The notes beneath the pieces are model-generated. The model was given only the letters and a program-made list of their open reading frames with translations, searched no databases and was not told the DNA's origin. This document shows positions 1 to 9,990 of a stretch of 64,000 bases of DNA, in pieces (the first letter of the stretch is position 1; each line of letters starts with the position of its first letter). Origin of the DNA: Clostridia bacterium. Its GTDB lineage: Bacteria; Bacillota; Clostridia; Oscillospirales; Acutalibacteraceae. Both the position numbers and the translations under genes were made by a program. The DNA is taken from contig JAGALQ010000025.1 in assembly GCA_017625095.1 (NCBI GenBank), positions 73,086-137,085 on the forward strand. The letters are read 5' to 3'.

Positions 1-1666
1 GTTTGCGGCAGAGTCTTTCAAGCGATTCAACGTAAGTTTGCGTATCGTAATCTACACCCCTTGGGAATTTCGCCTTGAGATTTTCGATATATCCGCGTCC
101 CATACCGGGCTCCCAGTATTCGGCAAGGCTGTATTCACCGTCTGCACCAACTGAAAAGCTCAGCGCAATCGGAGTTATATTACCGCCCTTTTCGACAATA
201 TAACCGTTCTCCAGGCTGTACTCCTGATACATAGACATCAGGTAAACCGTAACCTCTTTAATATTGCCGTTTGTATCTTTCTTTGAAATTTCCGTTAAAA
301 GATTTGTATTGGCTTCGCAGGCATATTCACCGCTGAGATAATTGCCGGTGTTGTGTTTGATAATCTCCTGCGAAATGTGTTCTTCAAGCATCTTTACTCT
401 CACGCAGGAAATGCTGATTTTTGTTTTACCGTCCTGAGTGAAATAGCTGAGCATATCCGTATCATAAAAAGTTACGGCATCGGGCGATTTGCCCGATTCA
501 TTTTTTATCGGTGTTCCTTTGAGCTTGAGTGTGGTTTCCCCTGTCTGCAGATTAACGGCATCAACCGTAAACTTCGTGCCATTTGAAAGCTGAGCATTCT
601 GACCTTCATTCAGAATGATGAACTTTTCTTCGCTGACGGCACCGTTTACTTCTGCGGTTATTCTGATTCTCTGACCGTTATCGTAAAACTCCTTTGGATT
701 TGCATCCTTCGGATTGGTCAGGAAGCACACTGCCGCAACCACGCAAACCGCAATCGCCGCGATAACAACCCAGAACGCAGGCTTCTTGTAGCTCATTACA
801 CCCTTTATTCTCTCTTTTACGCCCGTTTCGCCGAACGCAAGAGGGCATGCGGCAACAGACTTGCGGCTGATGCTTGCATTGAGCAGAGCGGTAGAATAGC
901 TTTTGCGCTGTTCGGAGGTGAGCTTTTTCACAACCTTTTCATCGCAGGCCGATTCAATATCCCTGCACAAAAGAACGTAAGCAACCCAGAGCAAGGGATT
1001 GAACCAGTGTACACTCAGCAACAGGTAGCCGAACGGCTTTATGAGGTGGTCAAGGCGCTTGATGTGAGCTTGCTCGTGCGCAATCACAAGCGGCAGATCA
1101 TTTTCATCCATACTGTAAGGAATATATATTTTCGGCCTGATAATCCCAAGCACAAACGGCGATTTTACAAATTCGCTGTGATATATGTTACCTTCCTTTT
1201 TTGTTGCCGTTCTCAGGCTGTGTCTGAGCTTTGCCCAGCTTGCAAATGCGTAAATAAGCATCACGGCAACACCTAAAAGCCATACACAAGCGAGTATGAT
1301 TGTGACGTCAACTGTTCTTTCTGCCATCGGAACAAAATCGGCATACTGCGTGTTGACGGCATTATCAATCGGTGCAATGCCTGAATTGATTTTGAATTCA
1401 TTAAGATAAGGCAGTGTGGGGTCAACCGTCTGTGCGCTCGGTATAAGGCTGAACACGCTTTCGATTGAAAACGGAAAGACAAGCCTTAACGCAACTATGC
1501 CCCACAGCACACAGTTGAGCCACTTCGGAGCTTTTCTGAACAGCAGACGCAAAAGCACAACGGCAAGCACAATCCACCCTGCGGTTATGCTGATATTGAC
1601 AAGAGCCAGAAACGGCACGGGAATAAACGTCAGAAACTTCTCAATCAAATAAATAATTTCATCCAT
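1..1666 (-). CDS. BlaR1/MecR1-family M56 peptidase-type signal transducer (3' end runs off the window)
   Basis: Absent from the ORF track because there is no stop inside the window. My minus-strand translation from ATG 1666 (GAGGGGGAG RBS just upstream) gives MDEIIYLIEKFLTFIPV..., with N-terminal TM helices and the zinc motif AHEQAHIKRLDH (HExxH). It starts 12 nt after the BlaI-family gene. Confidence 0.8.
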   Translation of the reverse strand, partial: MDEIIYLIEKFLTFIPVPFLALVNISITAGWIVLAVVLLRLLFRKAPKWLNCVLWGIVALRLVFPFSIESVFSLIPSAQTVDPTLPYLNEFKINSGIAPIDNAVNTQYADFVPMAERTVDVTIILACVWLLGVAVMLIYAFASWAKLRHSLRTATKKEGNIYHSEFVKSPFVLGIIRPKIYIPYSMDENDLPLVIAHEQAHIKRLDHLIKPFGYLLLSVHWFNPLLWVAYVLLCRDIESACDEKVVKKLTSEQRKSYSTALLNASISRKSVAACPLAFGETGVKERIKGVMSYKKPAFWVVIAAIAVCVVAAVCFLTNPKDANPKEFYDNGQRIRITAEVNGAVSEEKFIILNEGQNAQLSNGTKFTVDAVNLQTGETTLKLKGTPIKNESGKSPDAVTFYDTDMLSYFTQDGKTKISISCVRVKMLEEHISQEIIKHNTGNYLSGEYACEANTNLLTEISKKDTNGNIKEVTVYLMSMYQEYSLENGYIVEKGGNITPIALSFSVGADGEYSLAEYWEPGMGRGYIENLKAKFPRGVDYDTQTYVESLERLCRK

Positions 1667-1678
1667 CTATTCTCCCCC

Positions 1679-2035
1679 TCACTTATCAATAATCTTGCGT
1701 ATCTGCTCAATTTCATCGTCGCTGAGGTTCTTTTTCTTTGCAAATGCGGCAATGAAAGCAGGGAGCGAGCCTTCAAACTTCTTCTCAACAAGCTCGTCGA
1801 TTTCCGAAGCCTGAACCTCCTCTTTTGAAACAAGGGACGTAACAACGGTGTTCTCGTTCTTGAGCACGCCCCTGTCGGAAAGACGTTTGATAACGGTGTA
1901 AGTGGTGGTTTTTGACCAGCCGAGTTTTTCTTTGCACAGCTGAGACAGCTCACGTGAGCTTATCGGCTCGTGCTCCCAGAGAATAAGACAAAAGCGGTAT
2001 TCACTTTCGAAAACTTTAGGCGCGGACATATTCAT
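1679..2035 (-). CDS. BlaI/MecI/CopY-family winged-helix transcriptional repressor
   Basis: 118-aa ORF. Its size, the WEHEPISSRELSQL...TTTYTVIKRLSDRGVL wHTH and its position directly upstream of an M56 sensor gene are typical of BlaI-BlaR1 pairs. Confidence 0.85.
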   Translation of the reverse strand: MNMSAPKVFESEYRFCLILWEHEPISSRELSQLCKEKLGWSKTTTYTVIKRLSDRGVLKNENTVVTSLVSKEEVQASEIDELVEKKFEGSLPAFIAAFAKKKNLSDDEIEQIRKIIDK

Positions 2036-2050
2036 TCACTTCCTTTTCTG

Positions 2051-2094
2051 TATTCTAACGCGTTAGTACAAGCTCATTCTAACGCATTAGAATA
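2051..2094. promoter_or_regulatory. Two tandem dyad operators upstream of the blaI-like gene
   Basis: CTAACGCGTTAG (2055-2066, perfect palindrome) and ATTCTAACGCATTAGAAT (2077-2094, near-perfect) share the core TCTAACGC-TTAG. They sit 16-60 nt upstream of the repressor start. Confidence 0.55.
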
Positions 2095-2114
2095 ACTTTG
2101 TCAATACCCTCCGA

Positions 2115-2161
2115 TAAAAAAGGCAACTCTGCTCAACCGAACAGAGTTGCCTCTTATTTTT
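2115..2161 (-). terminator. Intrinsic terminator downstream of the GLUG-repeat gene
   Basis: 10-bp stem GGCAACTCTG (2122-2131) / CAGAGTTGCC (2142-2151). It is flanked by A/T runs, so a U-tract follows on the minus strand. Confidence 0.6.
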
Positions 2162-2253
2162 ACATTATATTACCGAATGCCAACTTTCACCTTCATTGTG
2201 ATGTTTTTCAATCTTGTGTTCAGCATCGTATAAGCAACGCAAATAACCTTTAA

Positions 2254-3525
2254 TCAGAATATTGATTTTATCAAATTTATTATCTTCTCTATAATCGGTA
2301 TTGACGGCAATAATAAATAGTTGTACGATATCTTAATTTGCCCCTCAGACATAAAGTAAACTTCAGTTGCCTTTCCGTAAAGTCCAACCATTATGGCATC
2401 GTTTATTTCCACCGACTCGCCGTTCACAAAATATCCGTTTTCAGTACTTATAATTTTATCTGTAACAGTGGTACCGTCACTGTATTTCAGCTCAACGGTA
2501 ATACCCTCCGGCGATTTAGGTGATTGACCGAAAACAATACGTTTATAAAACGGAACCTTAATTATTTCAGCTTCTGTCAGACAAACACTTGGTGTATCGG
2601 CGTCTTCACCGATTATTTTTTCAAAATTCAATGTCGCATATCTGTTGTCTTCCATAATCCAGGTACTCTCAAAATCAAAGCCTTCGTAAGACGACTGTGA
2701 TTTCATCTCATCATCCGTCAACGCTTTAGTTGATTGCGGATTTTCCTGTGGTAACCCAACAGCAAACTCTGAATTATCTGAAAAATAACAATTGTTGAAG
2801 ATATCGCCAGAAACGGTATTTCCTACCAAACCGCCTTTATAAAGATTCTTTCCTTCCGTGTTTCCGTATCCTATAAAGCTTTCTTCAAAATTCGCAACAG
2901 CATAGCAACAAGTATATTCACAATTTTTAGATTGACCAACAATACCTCCCGCTGCATAAGGATTCATAGACTTATATTCAAGAGAAATGTCCGCAATGCT
3001 GTAACAGTTTTCAAAAATTGATGATTCCGCATAGCCAACAATTCCGCCGACGTAAAAATCATACTCCAAAGAAAGCATTCCGTTGCCAGTTGTTGCTGCA
3101 ACGGTCCCTGATGTATAGCAATTTTCAAAAGTTGTTTTGATTGCCGTATCGGCTAAAATACCCGCATTTACAGGGAATACGTATCTGTCTGTCAGACAGG
3201 CACAAACTCCCAAATTTTCAACAACAGCATTTGACAGCCAACCAAAAACACCGACTTCAGCGTTAAGATTAAAGACCTTATAACCGTTACCGTTTATTTT
3301 TCCGGTAAAAGGAGTTTTTTCGCTTCCTATTTGCTCCCAATTTTCGTATGATGACAAATCTATGTCATTCATAAGAATATATTCACCCGAAAGGTTATTA
3401 CGTATATTATTAAAATCCTCCGCTGTGTAAACAGCTACATAATTATCGTAAGCAAAAGCAGTAGAACATATTACAAAAGCCATTAAAACAACAAGACATA
3501 CTGATAATACTCTCTTCAAAATCAT
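2254..3525 (-). CDS. Secreted GLUG-motif repeat protein (putative cell-surface protein)
   Basis: Signal peptide MILKRVLSVCLVVLMAFVICSTAFA. Repeated GG(I/L)VG...ENCY units (YVGGIVGYAESSIFENCYS, AAGGIVGQSKNCEYTCCYA, YKGGLVGNTVSGDIFNNCYF) match the GLUG motif. AGGAGGAA RBS. Confidence 0.7.
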   Translation of the reverse strand: MILKRVLSVCLVVLMAFVICSTAFAYDNYVAVYTAEDFNNIRNNLSGEYILMNDIDLSSYENWEQIGSEKTPFTGKINGNGYKVFNLNAEVGVFGWLSNAVVENLGVCACLTDRYVFPVNAGILADTAIKTTFENCYTSGTVAATTGNGMLSLEYDFYVGGIVGYAESSIFENCYSIADISLEYKSMNPYAAGGIVGQSKNCEYTCCYAVANFEESFIGYGNTEGKNLYKGGLVGNTVSGDIFNNCYFSDNSEFAVGLPQENPQSTKALTDDEMKSQSSYEGFDFESTWIMEDNRYATLNFEKIIGEDADTPSVCLTEAEIIKVPFYKRIVFGQSPKSPEGITVELKYSDGTTVTDKIISTENGYFVNGESVEINDAIMVGLYGKATEVYFMSEGQIKISYNYLLLPSIPIIEKIINLIKSIF

Positions 3526-3858
3526 TTTACGTTCCTCCTAAGTTCAATTACCGGTAATTATCCATAGTTACATATTATAACAAACCATCGGTATCTCCTC
3601 CGATCTTAATTAACCTTTATACATAAATATTATATATTATTTCAATTACTGTTTCAACACTGCTATTGCTCGCAAATCAAATATACATAATTCATATCCA
3701 TCCGACAGATTGCCGCACCAAAACAAATCTATAATAAAGCCGATTAAATACGGGTATGATTTCATAAAGCGGACTGATATTAGTCCCATTATACCACGGT
3801 CAATAATTATAATCAAGAGGAAATGGACTGAAACCAGTTCTTTTTATTGGAGGTTATA

Positions 3859-4095
3859 ATGGCTGAGCAAAAAATAAAACAAGATCAAATTCATATAGGG
3901 CAAAATATCCGTGCCATAAGAAAAGCTGCGAATATTGGACAAACTGAACTTGTCAGAATCTTACAGCTAAACGGAATAGAGATGACAAGAGAAACATTAG
4001 TAAAAATTGAACGAGAGATTCAGCATATTCAAGCAACTCAGCTTAGAGGAATAAGAGATGCATTGAATACCACATATGACGAATTATTAAAATAA
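3859..4095 (+). CDS. Small XRE-family helix-turn-helix transcriptional regulator
   Basis: IGQNIRAIRKAANIGQTELVRIL... HTH_3-like. I prefer ATG 3859 (GGAGG 6 nt upstream) over the TTG at 3847 listed in the track. Confidence 0.7.
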   Translation: MAEQKIKQDQIHIGQNIRAIRKAANIGQTELVRILQLNGIEMTRETLVKIEREIQHIQATQLRGIRDALNTTYDELLK

Positions 4096-4096
4096 G

Positions 4097-4140
4097 AAAA
4101 CCGCTCTATAGCTTTTATAAACCATAGAGCGGTTTGATTT
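4097..4140. terminator. Bidirectional intrinsic terminator between the XRE gene and valS
   Basis: Stem AAACCGCTCTAT / ATAGAGCGGTTT with A-run and T-run flanks; the flanking genes converge. Confidence 0.7.
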
Positions 4141-4143
4141 TAT

Positions 4144-6525
4144 TTACTGAATATCGAACTCAACGTTCTGTGCGTGACAGCAAGCAACAAGGTCGCCCAT
4201 TGTTGCATCAAACATACCCTTATACTTTTCTGGTGTGACAATCTTCATTGTTTCGATGTCAGCCTTCATAGAGATGTTGTTTTCGCTCTTGTACTTTCTG
4301 ACTTCGGATACGCACTCTTTGACAAGCTCGCCGAATTCAAGGCTCTCGGCATCGTCTTCGCCGTCAACCTTCCAGAAGTTCATGTGCAGGCAGTCAATGC
4401 CTTCCTTATCCTTGAAAGCATCCTGATAAATGAACTCTGTCATATGCGGTACGAAAATGCCGTACATCTTGAGGATGTTGAGCAGGCAGTAGTAGATAGC
4501 AGCCTGACCGCTTCTGCGTGCCTCATAGCCGTGAACCTCGGGCTGATAGAGTCTTTCCTTACTGATTTCTACATAATAGTCGCAGAAATCCTTCCAGAAG
4601 AAGTCATCAATCTCGTGTCTTGCAGAGCCGATCTCATACTCATCAAGCAGCTTGATGCAGCGGCGCATTGTCTGCTTGCAACGCTCAACAATCCACTTAT
4701 CAACAGGAAGAAGCTCAGCAGGAGCATCGTCCTTGTTGAAGTCCTCAAGGTGAGTGAGTGTGAACTTTGAAGCGTTCCAGAGCTTTGTAAGGAAGCGGTT
4801 AGCAATCTTGAGCTCATCGTCAGAGAAGTATGTGTCTGTGCCGAGCTTTGTGTTTGCTGCCCAGTAACGGATGCAGTCTGCACCGAACTCCTCAACAAGC
4901 TGTGCGGGAGACTTTGCAGCGTTGCCCTTGGACTTACTGATCTTCTCGCCCTTTTTTGCAAGAACGAAACCGCAGACCATAATATCCTGCCACGGGATGT
5001 TGCCTGTGTGGTACATGCTCTTTGCGATTGTATAGAAAGCCCATGTTCTGATAATTTCGTGCGCCTGTGTACGCATTGTCATGGGTGCAATCTTGTCGGA
5101 AATATCTGTGCCGTCGGGCTCTTCCCAATGTGCGTTGATCTGAGGAGTCATTGAAGAAGTTGCCCAAGTATCGAGAACGGATGACTCGGGAATCCACTCG
5201 CTGCAGCCGCAATCGCAGGTTGCTTCAGGTGTGAACTCAAGCGGATTTACGGGAAGGATGCTCTCGTCTGCAAACATCGGCTTGCCGCACTTCTTACAGT
5301 ACCATACCGGGAACGGAACACCGAAGTAACGCTGACGTGAAATACACCAGTCCCACTTAAGGTTTTCAACCCAAACATCATAACGGTTCTTCATAAATGT
5401 GGGATACCAGTTGATCTTCTTACCTGCCTCAACAAAGAGATCCTTGTGAGAGAGGATGTCGATATACCACTGGCGTGAGGGAAGAATTTCAATCGGCTTG
5501 CCGCAACGCTCGTGAGTCTGAACGGGGTGAACAATGTCCTCTACCTTTTCAAGAAGACCCTGCTCCTCCATCATTCTGACAAGCTCTTTACGTGCACCGT
5601 AAACGCTCATACCTGCAACATAGGGAACACTCTCGTCGATGCGGCCCTCTGTTGTGATAACCTTGCGGTAGGGAAGGTTGTGCTTTTCGCACCAGTCAAC
5701 GTCAGTCTGGTCGCCGTAGGTAGCGCACATAACAACGCCTGTACCCTTCTCAAGGCTGACAACCTCGTCAGTGAGAATCGGAACCTCATAGCCGAATACG
5801 GGCACAACAGCCTTCTTGCCTACGTACTTCTTGTAGCGCTCATCCTCGGGATTAACGAAGAGGCATACTACGCCGTAAAGAAGCTCGGGACGTGTTGTTG
5901 CAACGGTGAGAGGCTCACCGTCAACCATAAAGTAAATGTAGTTGAATGTTGATTTGATGTCGGCACTGTCAAGCTCAGCCTGAGCAATTGAAGTCTGACA
6001 CTCTGTACACCAGAGAACGGGAGACTCCTTGACATAAGCCTTGCCCTCTTTTGCAAGACGGATGAAAGACTTCTGTGAAATACGGCGGCTGCGCTCGTTG
6101 ATTGTTTCATAGCGGAGATTCCAGTCAACAGAGAAGCCGAGTGACTGCCACAGCTTTGTGAACTCATCAACGTACTTTGCAGTGGTAGCCATACACTTAT
6201 CGTAAAGCTCTTCACGGGAGAGGTCCTTTGCCTTTATGCCCTCTTCCTTCTCAACAAGGCGCTCTGTGGGAAGACCGTTATCGTCAAAGCCGAAGGGATA
6301 GAAAACATTGTATCCCATAAACTTGCGGTAACGTGCAACCATCTCAGCCTGTGTGTATGAGAAGATGTGACCGATGTGGAGTGAACCGCTGACGGTCGGA
6401 GGGGGCGTGTCAATTGAATAAATCTGGTTGGGGCTCTCGGGGTCAAAACGGTAAACGTCCTGATCTGCCCAGAGCTTCTGCATGGCTTTTTCAGCCGATC
6501 TGAAGTCATACTTTTTTTCGAGCAT
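4144..6525 (-). CDS. valS: Valine--tRNA ligase (short form without the long C-terminal coiled coil)
   Basis: Class I aaRS motifs PPPTVSGSLHIGH (HIGH) and KISKSKGN (KMSKS) plus a ValRS-like CP1/editing region. At 793 aa it is shorter than typical bacterial ValRS. Confidence 0.8.
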   Translation of the reverse strand: MLEKKYDFRSAEKAMQKLWADQDVYRFDPESPNQIYSIDTPPPTVSGSLHIGHIFSYTQAEMVARYRKFMGYNVFYPFGFDDNGLPTERLVEKEEGIKAKDLSREELYDKCMATTAKYVDEFTKLWQSLGFSVDWNLRYETINERSRRISQKSFIRLAKEGKAYVKESPVLWCTECQTSIAQAELDSADIKSTFNYIYFMVDGEPLTVATTRPELLYGVVCLFVNPEDERYKKYVGKKAVVPVFGYEVPILTDEVVSLEKGTGVVMCATYGDQTDVDWCEKHNLPYRKVITTEGRIDESVPYVAGMSVYGARKELVRMMEEQGLLEKVEDIVHPVQTHERCGKPIEILPSRQWYIDILSHKDLFVEAGKKINWYPTFMKNRYDVWVENLKWDWCISRQRYFGVPFPVWYCKKCGKPMFADESILPVNPLEFTPEATCDCGCSEWIPESSVLDTWATSSMTPQINAHWEEPDGTDISDKIAPMTMRTQAHEIIRTWAFYTIAKSMYHTGNIPWQDIMVCGFVLAKKGEKISKSKGNAAKSPAQLVEEFGADCIRYWAANTKLGTDTYFSDDELKIANRFLTKLWNASKFTLTHLEDFNKDDAPAELLPVDKWIVERCKQTMRRCIKLLDEYEIGSARHEIDDFFWKDFCDYYVEISKERLYQPEVHGYEARRSGQAAIYYCLLNILKMYGIFVPHMTEFIYQDAFKDKEGIDCLHMNFWKVDGEDDAESLEFGELVKECVSEVRKYKSENNISMKADIETMKIVTPEKYKGMFDATMGDLVACCHAQNVEFDIQ

Positions 6526-9500
6526 TATTTCTGCACCTTCCTTACTGAGATAACAACGTTCTTGCCGTTGATGTCGAGTGCTTCACCCTCAACAGAGTCT
6601 GCACGGACGATTTCGTCGGCAAGAAGCTCCTTGGAAACGGACTCAACGCTGGGAGCAAGAAGCTGCTCAAACTCATCGTCACTTGAATATGTGATAATGA
6701 TTCTGTCCATAACCTCAAAGCCTGAGGATTTACGCATATTCTGTACCTTGGAAACAAACTCACGGGCATAACCCTTCTGAATAAGCTCAGGTGTGAGCAC
6801 TGTATCAAGGATAACTGTAATGTTTCTGTCTGCTGCGCTTACAAAGCCTTCCTTCTGACCGGAGCTTACAAGCAGGTCGTCTGCAGTAAACTCAACGTCT
6901 GTGCCGCCGAGGTTGACCTTGTGTGAACCTGTAGCCTCGATATCGTCAAGCACACTGTCGCCGTCAACAGAAGCGAGATATTCGCGGATAGCGTTGAGCA
7001 CCTTGCCGTACTTCGGACCGAGGTTCTTGAGCTGCGGCTTGATTTCGTGAGCGATGAAGCCCTTTGTGGACTCAATCTGCTCAGCCTTCTCAACGTTGAG
7101 CTCCTCTGCGATGATTGAAAGCATCTCATCGTCAAACTTTGCATCGTCACCGTCAACACAGACAAGAAGACGTGAAAGAGGCTGACGGATTTTGAGGTTT
7201 GCAAGGTTACGTGCGTTTCTTGCAATACCGACAGAGTTATAAACAAGCTCCATATCGTGTTCGAGCTTTTCGTCAATGTAGCTCTCATCACACTCAGGGA
7301 AGTCGCACATATGGATACTGATGGGTGCATCGGGGTTGTTCTTGCGTACAAGTGTCTGGTAGATTGTCTCTGTGATAAACGGTACAAAGGGAGCAGCAAG
7401 TCTGACAAGGCTCTCAAGCACTGTATAAAGTGTAACGTAAGCGGCAATCTTATCCTCTGTAAGCTCGCTCATCCAGAAACGGCGGCGGCAACGGCGGACG
7501 TACCAGTTGGACATAATGTCAACAAAGTCAACAAGCTCTCTTGCTGCCTCTGTGATGTGGTAACCCTCAAGCTCTGTGTCAACCTTCTTGATAAGAGAGT
7601 TGAGAGCGCCGAGAATCCATCTGTCCATCATTGTGAGCTTGCAGTCTGCAAGCTTATATTCTGCGGCATTGAAACCGTCAATACCTGAATAGAGGTTGTA
7701 GAAGTGGAATGTGTTCCACATTGTGCCCATGAATCTGCGCTGATGCTCGTTGATTGCGGCACCGTCGAAGTTTGTGGAGATCCAGGGAGCGGAAGAAACG
7801 TAGAAGTACCAGCGGATAGCATCTGCACCGTGCTCATCCATAACCTCCCACGGGTCAACAACGTTACCCTTGTGCTTGGACATCTTGATGCCGTCCTTAT
7901 CGTTGACAAGGCCGAGTGCTACGCAGTTCTTATACGGTGATTTGCCGAAGATAGCTGTTGAAATAGCCTGAAGCGAGTAGAACCAGCCGCGTGTCTGGTC
8001 GCTGCCCTCACTGATAAAATCTGCAGGGAACTGCTTCTCAAACAGGTCTTTATTCTCAAAGGGATAGTGGTGCTGTGCAAAAGGCATTGAGCCTGAGTCG
8101 AACCAGCAGTCGATAACCTCGGGAGCTCTCTTCATTGTGCCGCCGCATTCACACTCAAATGTGAGAGGATCAACACTGGGCTTGTGAAGGTCGATATCGG
8201 GTGATGCACCTGTGAGCTTGCAAAGCTCCTCAACGCTGCCGATTACGTGGTGCTTATCGCACTTGTCGCAGACCCATACGGGAAGCGGTGTGCCCCAGTA
8301 ACGGTCACGGGAGATAGACCAATCGATAACGTTGCTGACGAAGTTACCCATACGGCCGTCACGGTAGGTTTCAGGCAGCCAGTTGACTGATGCATTGTCT
8401 GCGGTAAGCTCGTCGCGCAGTGAGCTCATTGCGATAAACCAGGAGGGCTTGCCGTAGTAGAGAAGCGGACTGTCGCAACGCCAGCAGTAGGGATACTGAT
8501 GCTCAATGGTCTGAACCTTGAAGAGCGGACCTTCGTTGCTGAGCTTTGTGATGATATCGGGATCACAGTCCATTACAAAACGGCCTGCGTAATCTGTTGC
8601 CTCTTCGGGGAAGCAGCCGCGCTCATCAGCAAGCTGAACAAACGGAAGCTTATAGTTCTTGCCTACGCGGGAGTCGTCCTCACCGAATGCGGGAGCGATG
8701 TGAACAACGCCTGTACCGCTGTCGAGTGTAACATAACCGTCGCAGGTTACAAACCATGCCTTATCGTAGAACTTGTCCTTAACGTAGGGGAAGAGGGGCT
8801 CGTACTTGGTGTGCTCAAGGTCTGTACCCTTATACTTTTCGATTACTTCGTACTTACCTTCCTCAAAAAGACCGCCGACAAGAGCCTCCGCAAGGATATA
8901 GTTGCCGTCCTCAGCCTTGATTTTGACGTAATCTGCTTCGGGGTTTACGCAAAGTGCGACGTTTGAAGGCAGAGTCCAGGGTGTGGTTGTCCATGCAAGG
9001 AAGCATGTATCTGCATCGTCACGGAGCTTGAAGCGTACGAATGCAGAGCGTGTCTTGATGTTCTTGTAGCCCTGAGCAACCTCGTGTGATGAAAGAGCTG
9101 TACCGCAACGGGGGCAGTAGGGAACGATCTTGTGACCGTGGTAGAGAAGCTCCTTTGCATCGAGCTGCTTGAATGCCCACCATACGGACTCAATATATTT
9201 GTTATCATAGGTGATATAGGGTTCGTTAAAATCAGCCCAGAAGCCGATACGCTCACTCATATCCTCCCAGAGGTCCTTATACTTCCATACGCTCTTGCGG
9301 CACTTGTCGATGAAGGGCACGATGCCGTACTTCTCGATATCTGCTTTGCCGCTGAAGCCAAGCTCCTTCTCAACCTCAAGCTCAACAGGAAGACCGTGTG
9401 TATCCCAACCTGCCTTACGCTCAACGTGGTAGCCCTTCATTGTGCGATAGCGGGGAATAAGGTCCTTTATTGATCTTGTCAGAATGTGACCGACGTGAGG

Positions 9501-9665
9501 TCTGCCGTTAGCTGTGGGCGGACCGTCATAAAATGTGAACTCAGGCTTACCCTCGTTCTTTTCAACGCTTTTTTCGAAGACGCTGTTCTCTTTCCAGAAC
9601 TGACGTACTTCTTTTTCGCTTGCAGCAACGCTGTACTGCGCGTCAACCTTATCAAACATAAGCAT
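6525..9665 (-). CDS. ileS: Isoleucine--tRNA ligase (long, type-2-like form, 1046 aa)
   Basis: DGPPTANGRPHVGH (HIGH) and KMSKHKGN (KMSKS). The length and C-terminal region fit type-2 IleRS. The stop TAA overlaps the valS ATG (TAATG). Confidence 0.9.
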   Translation of the reverse strand: MLMFDKVDAQYSVAASEKEVRQFWKENSVFEKSVEKNEGKPEFTFYDGPPTANGRPHVGHILTRSIKDLIPRYRTMKGYHVERKAGWDTHGLPVELEVEKELGFSGKADIEKYGIVPFIDKCRKSVWKYKDLWEDMSERIGFWADFNEPYITYDNKYIESVWWAFKQLDAKELLYHGHKIVPYCPRCGTALSSHEVAQGYKNIKTRSAFVRFKLRDDADTCFLAWTTTPWTLPSNVALCVNPEADYVKIKAEDGNYILAEALVGGLFEEGKYEVIEKYKGTDLEHTKYEPLFPYVKDKFYDKAWFVTCDGYVTLDSGTGVVHIAPAFGEDDSRVGKNYKLPFVQLADERGCFPEEATDYAGRFVMDCDPDIITKLSNEGPLFKVQTIEHQYPYCWRCDSPLLYYGKPSWFIAMSSLRDELTADNASVNWLPETYRDGRMGNFVSNVIDWSISRDRYWGTPLPVWVCDKCDKHHVIGSVEELCKLTGASPDIDLHKPSVDPLTFECECGGTMKRAPEVIDCWFDSGSMPFAQHHYPFENKDLFEKQFPADFISEGSDQTRGWFYSLQAISTAIFGKSPYKNCVALGLVNDKDGIKMSKHKGNVVDPWEVMDEHGADAIRWYFYVSSAPWISTNFDGAAINEHQRRFMGTMWNTFHFYNLYSGIDGFNAAEYKLADCKLTMMDRWILGALNSLIKKVDTELEGYHITEAARELVDFVDIMSNWYVRRCRRRFWMSELTEDKIAAYVTLYTVLESLVRLAAPFVPFITETIYQTLVRKNNPDAPISIHMCDFPECDESYIDEKLEHDMELVYNSVGIARNARNLANLKIRQPLSRLLVCVDGDDAKFDDEMLSIIAEELNVEKAEQIESTKGFIAHEIKPQLKNLGPKYGKVLNAIREYLASVDGDSVLDDIEATGSHKVNLGGTDVEFTADDLLVSSGQKEGFVSAADRNITVILDTVLTPELIQKGYAREFVSKVQNMRKSSGFEVMDRIIITYSSDDEFEQLLAPSVESVSKELLADEIVRADSVEGEALDINGKNVVISVRKVQK

Positions 9666-9699
9666 TTTCTCCCTATATTATTTATAAAAATACGTATTT

Positions 9700-9728
9700 A
9701 TAATATCACTCGCGTTATATATAGTCAA
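9700..9728 (-). promoter_or_regulatory. Putative sigma-A promoter of ileS-valS
   Basis: On the minus strand: TTGACT (9728-9723), 17-nt spacer, TATTAT (9705-9700), about 35 nt upstream of the ileS ATG. Confidence 0.45.
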
Positions 9729-9949
9729 GATGTTTTTTTGCTGACATCTTATTTTGTCTGTGGTGCACAATCTGCACCTTGATATCCTCTGTGATTTATG
9801 CTATTATTTAACAATAAAATTTTTATATCAGGTTATTGCCGTACATTTCTGTAAGATGCCCGGTCTTTTTCTGCGTCGGTATAGAGATATATAAAAATTT
9901 ATGCTTTCCAAAAAAATGACAAAACAGTTCCCGGTCAGTATACTAACTA

Positions 9950-9990
9950 AAACATAAAGGCTTGCCGAGTTGTATCCCGACAAGCCTTTA
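9950..9990 (-). terminator. Intrinsic terminator after the XRE/TM regulator gene
   Basis: Stem AAAGGCTTGCCGAG / (C)CCGACAAGCCTTT (9956-9989), followed by TATGTTTT on the minus strand. Confidence 0.6.

Noticed and set aside
4174-9473. Many 60-200-aa ORFs antisense to or out of frame with valS and ileS (for example 4174-4770, 5512-5952, 6866-7447, 8499-8966)
   Set aside because: They lie entirely inside two strongly supported aaRS genes. They have low-complexity S/L/R/T-rich translations and no RBS, so they are typical shadow ORFs.
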